Positions 58,317 to 64,000 of a stretch of DNA of 64,000 nt are shown in pieces. Location of the stretch: positions 3,712,001-3,776,000 of the forward strand of contig OY970325.1 of the NCBI GenBank assembly GCA_963717145.1, in the 5' to 3' direction. The DNA is from an uncultured Armatimonadetes bacterium. GTDB taxonomy: Bacteria > Armatimonadota > UBA5829 > DTJY01. Every line of letters starts with the position of its first letter. Within the stretch, counting starts at the first letter, position 1. A program made the position numbers and the translations under genes. The notes beneath the pieces were generated by a model, which saw nothing but the letters and a program-made list of their open reading frames with translations, made no database searches and was not told where the DNA came from.

Positions 58317-61034
58317 ATGATACGCATTTTCGGCTTCGCGCTGATACTTCTCCTGGCGGCGAGAGTGGTGTGCTCACAGGACGCTCCCGTCTCCTATCTC
58401 GATGGCACGGCGGCGATCCCGGACGATATGGTCCGCCCGTCGCCCGCCGATGGTTCGGTTGCCGCCACCAATCCGCCGGGGTTCGTATGGCTCCCCGAGG
58501 CGGGCGCCGTCTCCTACACACTCGAATGCTCCCGAAGCACCGACTTCTCCGATGCCGTCACGCTCGAAGGCACCAAGCTGAGCATCCATCAGCCGAACGA
58601 GCCCCTGCCCCAGGGCACGTGGCATTGGCGGTATCGAGCGGTATTCGCGGACGGGAAGACGTCGGCGTGGAGCATCACCCGCTCGTTCAGGATCACCAGG
58701 GACTCCCTCCCGCTGAGGTTTCCGCCGTTCGAGGAGGTCAAGGCGAACGTCCTGAGCGGCAGGCCGAGGCTGTTCGCGCGTGCGGCGAGTCTGGAAAAGC
58801 TCAGGGCGGCGCGATTCACGACGCTCAAGGCGCTATGGGAGCCGCTGGAGAAGACCATCGAATCGAGCATCGGCGCCAAACTGATCCCGGAGCCGGAACG
58901 ATATCCCAACGACACGCGCACCGCGGAGTTGTGGCGCAAGAACTATGGCGAGATCCGTGCGATGACCGGCCCGATGGAGTATCTGGCGTTCGGCTACCTG
59001 GTCACCGGGGAGCGGAAGTATGCGGACGAGGCGAAGCGCATCATGCTCTATCTCTGTTCCTGGGACCCAAACGGCACAAGCCGCTACACGTACGATGATG
59101 AGGTCGCCATGCCCCTGGCCAACAGCGTCAGCCGGGCCTACGACTGGATCCATGACACACTGACGCCCGAGGAGCGGACCGTGGTCGTCTCGTCCATGCG
59201 CATCAGGATGGGAGAGCTGTATCAGGTTCTGAAGCGCAGTCCGTACGAAGCAAGGCCCTATTCCAGCCACTCGTCCCGCGCTCTGATGTTCCTCGGCGAG
59301 GCGAGCATCGCGTTCATGGGGGAAGTGCCTGAGTGCGAGGAATGGCTGGAGTACGTGCTCAAGGTCTACGCATGCGTGTACCCGCCGTGGGGCGGCGCTG
59401 ACGGAAGCTACAGCGAGGGGCCGTGGTATTGGGCCAGCTACATCGGAAAGGCCCTGTCATTCAACGACGCTCTCCAGGGCGCGACGGGTGTCGAGCTGTA
59501 CGGCAAGCCGTTCTTCCGGCACACCGGCGACTGGGCGCTGTATTGCGTGCCGCCGTTCCTCAAGATGGTGGCCTTCGGTGACGGGCAGTGGCTTCCTCCC
59601 GGCTCGGGCCACCAGATGAATCTCTACAGGCTGTCGTCGGTCTACAAGAACCCGTACTACCGGTGGTATTCCGAGAGCTTCGAGAAGGGGATATGGAGCA
59701 GCCCGACCTTCTACCTGTGGAAAGACGACTCCGTGAAGGCCAAGCCTCCGACCGACATCCCGCAGTCGAAGGCGTTCTACGACTCCGGCGAGGTCGCGAT
59801 GCACAGCAACCTTGCCGATGGCCTTGAGGATCGCTTCCTGCTGATGAGAAGCAGCCCGGGCGGCTCGTGGAGTCATTCGTTTGCCGATCAGAACGGATTC
59901 TACCTCCAGGCGTTCGGTGAGCCGCTCGCGATCCCGACCGGCTACCGTCCGTTCTATGGCGACGCGCACCACAAGGGCTGGACCTGGGAAACGAAGGCGC
60001 ACAACTCCATACTGGTCGACGGCCAGGGACAGGTGACCCGCTCGCGATCGTCTCAGGGCAGGATCGCCGGGTTCATCACCACTCCGCGGATCGACTACAC
60101 GTGCGGCGATGCGACCAGGGCATACGGCGGACGGCTCGATCGGTTCCTTCGGCACGTCATCTTCCTGCGGCCCAACTGCTTCGTCATGATCGACGACCTG
60201 CACGCCCCGAAGGCGTCCACCTACCAGTGGCTGCTCCACTCCGTGGAGAAGATGGACGTGGATGAGCAGGCGAACAGGGCCGTGATCTCGAAGGGCGATG
60301 CTCGTCTATCGGCAACCTGGGTCTGGCCCGACAAGCTCGATTTCAGCCAGACCGATCAGTTCTCGGTCGCACCTGCAAACGGGATGCCGAACCAGTGGCA
60401 TCTCACCGCCTCGACTACCAATGCATCGAGGTCCCAGCAGTTCGTCACGGTGCTGCATCCCTATAAGGCCAATAATGCGTCTCAGCCGCTGATAGAGCGC
60501 ATCGAGGTACCCGGCGCGATCGGAGTCCGGTTGAGCCAGGACGGCTCAACCGACACCGTCGTGCTCAACAAGCTGGGCGGACCGATCGCCGGGCTGCCGG
60601 TGAAGTCGGACGCGCACATCGTCAGCGTGCGTGAAGAGGTCGGCAAGGTGACGTGCATGCTGATACAGGCCGGCTCCTACTTCACATACCGGGAGGAGTC
60701 GGTCCGGTCGGATGCGCCGGTCAATCTCGTAATGGATCAGACGAAGAGCATGCGCTCGCTGGTGTCGCAGTCGGAGGGGCCTGCGAGGATCGAGATCGCG
60801 GTCCCGGAGGCTGCCTCCAAGCCGTTGTCCGAACGAATCCTCGGCAAGATGAGCCGGTCCCCGGTCACGGATGACATGGACGACCCGAAGTGGTTCCGAG
60901 GAACGGTCAGGGTCGATGGAAAAGGTCTATCTAGGACCGAGTTCTCGTTCGATCGCAAGACTCTGGTGCTCAGCCTGAAGCTCCCCGCCGGCGAGCACCG
61001 CATCGAGATCAAGGCGACGGGACAGCCGACGTGA
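58317..61034 (+). CDS. Heparinase II/III-like polysaccharide lyase with N-terminal DUF4962 (PL15-like)
   Basis: NPPGFVW, PYSSH, DGSYSEG..YW, SHSFADQN and AHNSILVDG motifs. Confidence 0.82.
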   Translation: MIRIFGFALILLLAARVVCSQDAPVSYLDGTAAIPDDMVRPSPADGSVAATNPPGFVWLPEAGAVSYTLECSRSTDFSDAVTLEGTKLSIHQPNEPLPQGTWHWRYRAVFADGKTSAWSITRSFRITRDSLPLRFPPFEEVKANVLSGRPRLFARAASLEKLRAARFTTLKALWEPLEKTIESSIGAKLIPEPERYPNDTRTAELWRKNYGEIRAMTGPMEYLAFGYLVTGERKYADEAKRIMLYLCSWDPNGTSRYTYDDEVAMPLANSVSRAYDWIHDTLTPEERTVVVSSMRIRMGELYQVLKRSPYEARPYSSHSSRALMFLGEASIAFMGEVPECEEWLEYVLKVYACVYPPWGGADGSYSEGPWYWASYIGKALSFNDALQGATGVELYGKPFFRHTGDWALYCVPPFLKMVAFGDGQWLPPGSGHQMNLYRLSSVYKNPYYRWYSESFEKGIWSSPTFYLWKDDSVKAKPPTDIPQSKAFYDSGEVAMHSNLADGLEDRFLLMRSSPGGSWSHSFADQNGFYLQAFGEPLAIPTGYRPFYGDAHHKGWTWETKAHNSILVDGQGQVTRSRSSQGRIAGFITTPRIDYTCGDATRAYGGRLDRFLRHVIFLRPNCFVMIDDLHAPKASTYQWLLHSVEKMDVDEQANRAVISKGDARLSATWVWPDKLDFSQTDQFSVAPANGMPNQWHLTASTTNASRSQQFVTVLHPYKANNASQPLIERIEVPGAIGVRLSQDGSTDTVVLNKLGGPIAGLPVKSDAHIVSVREEVGKVTCMLIQAGSYFTYREESVRSDAPVNLVMDQTKSMRSLVSQSEGPARIEIAVPEAASKPLSERILGKMSRSPVTDDMDDPKWFRGTVRVDGKGLSRTEFSFDRKTLVLSLKLPAGEHRIEIKATGQPT

Positions 61035-61121
61035 CGTATGGGGGTGTGGGAGTATGGGAGTATGGGGGATCGGAGGATTCCGGACTCCCACACTCCCACA
61101 CCCCCACACTCCCATACTTCG

Positions 61122-61910
61122 CTAGGCGAAAATCGACGGCTCTTTCGTCTCGCCGCGGATGCTGATCACCACCGAATCGAGCGGGATGGTCGCGCCGGAT
61201 TCCTCGACCGCCTGCTTTGCCGCGAACAGGAGTCCGAGGCAACACGGCACCTCCATGTGGAGGACGGTGATACTCTTGATCCCGCCTTCCGTGATGATCG
61301 CCTTCAACTTCTCTTTGTAGATGTCGACGTCGTCGAACTTCGGGCAGCCGATCGCCAGCGCCTTCCCCTTCATGAAATCGGGGTGCATCGACGCATAGGC
61401 GAACGCGGTGCAGTTGGCGGCGAGCACCAGGTCGGCACCCTTGAAGTAAGGCGCGCTGGGACTGACAAGCCTCAGTTTGACCGGCCACTGACGGAGCGCG
61501 CTCCTGAGCTTCGGGGTGTCAGACTGATCCTCATCCTCTTCCACGTCGCTGAAGTCGAACGTCCGCGCAGACGGGCATCCTCCGCCTCCCCCGCCTGAAC
61601 TCGGGCATCCTCCGCCGGCGTGGGCGGCCTGACGGGCGTTGTGCTCCTCCAGGGAGCGGCCCATCGAGGTGAGATGCTGCTCGACCGCCTGGATGTCGAA
61701 CTCCTCGGCCTCGCGTTCCTCGAAGGATATCGCGTCCATCGGGCACTCTCCGAGACACGCGCCAAGCCCATCGCAGTAGGTGTCGGACACGAGCCGCGCC
61801 TTGCCATCGATGATCTGGATCGCTCCCTCGGCGCACGACGGGACGCACTCACCGCATCCGTTGCACAGTTCCTCGTCGATCTTGATCACTTTTCGGGTCA
61901 CTTTGGTCAT
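61122..61910 (-). CDS. 4Fe-4S dicluster protein
   Basis: CNGCGECVPSC, CDGLGACLGECP, QWPVKL, GCPKFDD and MEVPCC motifs. Confidence 0.88.
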   Translation of the reverse strand: MTKVTRKVIKIDEELCNGCGECVPSCAEGAIQIIDGKARLVSDTYCDGLGACLGECPMDAISFEEREAEEFDIQAVEQHLTSMGRSLEEHNARQAAHAGGGCPSSGGGGGGCPSARTFDFSDVEEDEDQSDTPKLRSALRQWPVKLRLVSPSAPYFKGADLVLAANCTAFAYASMHPDFMKGKALAIGCPKFDDVDIYKEKLKAIITEGGIKSITVLHMEVPCCLGLLFAAKQAVEESGATIPLDSVVISIRGETKEPSIFA

Positions 61911-61947
61911 TTCTTGTACCTCACCAGGTATTATACCCAAGCCGACA

Positions 61948-62979
61948 CTACAGGCTCGGGGCGGTCTTCTTGAACTCCGCCGTGGTGTAGAGAAGCCTGA
62001 AATCGGTGATCCCGGTCGAATCGGATATCGAGCGCGCCGTCTCCTCGCACTCATCCCGCGAATGGCCGTGGATCATGGTGTAGACGTTGTAGGGGAATCC
62101 CTCGAACCGGGGACGCTCGTAGCAGTGACTGACCGATCTCAACTCGGCCGCCGTCCGCCCGAACCATTCCACCCGGTCGTCCGGTACGTTCCAGGCGCCC
62201 ATGGCATTGACGGAGTACCCGGCCTCGCGGTGGCGGAGGATCGCCCCGAACCGCCGTATCGTGCCATCGGATTTCCAGGCCGCCAACTGCGCGAGGAGGT
62301 CGTCCACCGGGATGCCCACGTCCTCCGCAACGTCGCGAAACGGCTCGCTGGTCAATGGCAGGCCGCCCACCAGCGCCGTGATGATCCTCCGCCTCACCTC
62401 GTCGTAGTGGCCGTGCCTCTGTGCCGGCCTTTCTACATCGCTGGTTGGCTCTTCTGCTCCGCTGGCCGGCACAGAGGCACGGCCACTACGGGTTTGGTCG
62501 GTGGCGGACGAGTCACCGACAGCGGGCTCTCCGGTGAAATCGAACTCCACCCTGATCTTGAACAGCCGCTCCGCGGGCAGGACATGGATATCCCCTACCC
62601 CCGTGCGAGCCTTGATGTCGGACACGATCCGCTCGACCTGCGCCCAATCGCGCGCCACAAGGGCGAACCAGAGGTTGAACTCGTCCTCCCGCCCATAGTT
62701 GTGAGTCACCTCGGGGTACGAGCTGATCAGCCCGGCGATGTCCTCCAGACGGTCGGGCGGGGCCTTCATCGCGACAAGTGTGCTGACGTATCCGAGTCGC
62801 CGGGAATCGAACGACGGCCCGATCCGGCGGATGATCCCCGATTCTGCGAGGCTCTTCACACGCGCCAATGCCTCAGCCTCGGGTATGCCGAGCCGCTCCC
62901 CGATCACCTGGTATGGCCTCGGGTCGAGCGGGAATTCCGCCTGGATGATGTTCAGCAACTGCCGGTCGAGGGTATCCAT
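61948..62979 (-). CDS. ahbAB: Siroheme decarboxylase AhbA-AhbB (NirDL-like) fusion
   Basis: IQAEFPLDPRPY, VTHNYGR, RRFGAILRH, VSHCYER and YNVYTMIH motifs. Confidence 0.88.
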   Translation of the reverse strand: MDTLDRQLLNIIQAEFPLDPRPYQVIGERLGIPEAEALARVKSLAESGIIRRIGPSFDSRRLGYVSTLVAMKAPPDRLEDIAGLISSYPEVTHNYGREDEFNLWFALVARDWAQVERIVSDIKARTGVGDIHVLPAERLFKIRVEFDFTGEPAVGDSSATDQTRSGRASVPASGAEEPTSDVERPAQRHGHYDEVRRRIITALVGGLPLTSEPFRDVAEDVGIPVDDLLAQLAAWKSDGTIRRFGAILRHREAGYSVNAMGAWNVPDDRVEWFGRTAAELRSVSHCYERPRFEGFPYNVYTMIHGHSRDECEETARSISDSTGITDFRLLYTTAEFKKTAPSL

Positions 62980-63042
62980 GGTCTTGGGAATCTTACCATT
63001 CTCCCCGCCTGAGGTCAAATCCGGCACTAGTACCGGTGCGAA

Positions 63043-63058
63043 TGGCACGATTCTTGAA
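63043..63058 (+). promoter_or_regulatory. sigma54-like promoter
   Basis: TGGCACGATTCTTGAA. Confidence 0.6.
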
Positions 63059-63133
63059 GATAGAGAGTATGAGTCTGCAGAGTGGTGTTGCCACAAGCAA
63101 GACGGATGATAGAAAAGGGGAAAGCGACTACAT

Positions 63134-63472
63134 ATGAAGACCATACAGTCCCCAGCAGCCGCCAGAACGGGAGCCGTTATCAGCGCAGAGAGCATCGCCA
63201 TCATGGCCATATGCATGGCAGACCTCGTATCCACGATATGGCTGCTGGCGGCGGGACTCGCGACCGAGGCGAACCCTCTGATGGCTCGTCTGCTGAGTCA
63301 CAGCCCGCTTCTGTTCTGCACGGTGAAGATGGGAACCGTAACCTGCCTGGTGACCGTGACTGAGTGGTACAAGAAACACAACCCAACGTTCGTGCGCAAC
63401 GTGATGCGGGCCGCTATCGCATCGTATCTGGCGATCTATTTCATACTTGTCTTCGGCATTAACTGGGCTTAA
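63134..63472 (+). CDS. DUF5658-like small membrane protein
   Basis: D..ST......G.A.EANPLM...K motif; three hydrophobic helices. Confidence 0.75.
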   Translation: MKTIQSPAAARTGAVISAESIAIMAICMADLVSTIWLLAAGLATEANPLMARLLSHSPLLFCTVKMGTVTCLVTVTEWYKKHNPTFVRNVMRAAIASYLAIYFILVFGINWA

Positions 63473-63498
63473 CTCGACTGCGCTGCTCCAATCGCCCC

Positions 63499-63530
63499 GA
63501 AAGCCTCCCCCCAGCCAGGGGGAGGCTTTC
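63499..63530. terminator. Hairpin terminator
   Basis: gaaagcctcccc-cagccag-ggggaggctttc. Confidence 0.75.
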
Positions 63531-63619
63531 GTAATGTCAGAGCCACAAATTGTGAAGTTACAAACTAAAGAGCAGGCTTCGAGGCTCGAAAAAAAGCCTC
63601 GAGCCTCGAACCCTGCACT

Positions 63620-64000
63620 CTAGATCCTCAACGCGGTCTCTGTCAACAGATTCTCTATGTCGCCCACGAACTGATCGCTCGGGGCAGCCCTTTCCAGAGC
63701 TTCTCGGGCCGCCTGTCTCGCCTCAACAAACCGGCCGAGTATGATGTAAGCCCTCGCGATCATGTAGTAGATCGCCGGAGACGCTGGATCCAGGCTCAGC
63801 GCCCTCGTAAGCGATGCCAGGGCTTCCTCGCCTTTACCGAGCGCAACGTATGCGTTGCCGAGAGAAAAATAAGCGTCCACATCCTCATCGTCCTGCTCTA
63901 TGGCTCGCTTGAAAAGTTCGACCATCACACCACTCTTCATGTTAGCCTGCTCTTCGTGATGCAGATAGCTCCCGAAGGCAGCCTCACCGAGAGCGGTATA
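63620..64000 (-). CDS. 5'-partial TPR protein
   Basis: Frame is open to the window edge; AYFSLGNAY..LG...EA...L.RAL.LDP. Confidence 0.8.
   Translation of the reverse strand, partial: YTALGEAAFGSYLHHEEQANMKSGVMVELFKRAIEQDDEDVDAYFSLGNAYVALGKGEEALASLTRALSLDPASPAIYYMIARAYIILGRFVEARQAAREALERAAPSDQFVGDIENLLTETALRI

Noticed and set aside
63545-63565. Rex box (ttgtgaagttacaa)
   Set aside because: Spacing does not fit the 18-bp consensus, and it lies between convergent genes.

Overview
GC-rich bacterial chromosome segment. The lineage is probably Armatimonadota or a related group; this is inferred from a PEP-CTERM protein, copper-amine-oxidase N-terminal domains, a DUF5658-like gene, sigma54 promoters and GAAC-N4-GTTC boxes. 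Core and metabolic genes include rplY, a rex paralogue, GH4 alpha-galactosidase, trpD-trpC-trpF, glcF/glcD-like genes, lepB, ddl, pckG, glpD, an ahbAB fusion and many secreted carbohydrate-active enzymes. Five IS elements are present: two apparently identical single-ORF IS66, a third different IS66, an ISNCY/integrase-type element, and an IS1182 that splits a PRMT-like methyltransferase. There is also a more AT-rich island (TPR / PKD-metallopeptidase / TPR) and at least six families of REP-like palindromes. Four genes carry single-base frameshifts, probably long-read errors. Best candidates for new biology: (1) two near-identical sigma54-promoter / anti-Shine-Dalgarno / terminator units that look like tandem ~65-nt sRNAs (52491-52996); (2) an adjacent putative SOS module (YneA-like LysM protein plus a catalytically dead RNase H fold, converging on a small terminase and an internally deleted large terminase) bracketed by ~220-bp direct repeats; (3) a Rex with a Cys-rich N-terminal domain, no NAD(H)-binding motif and two upstream Rex boxes; (4) a bacterial PRMT homologue. 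No tRNA, rRNA or CRISPR array was recognised. All family assignments come from motif recognition by eye, not database searches.
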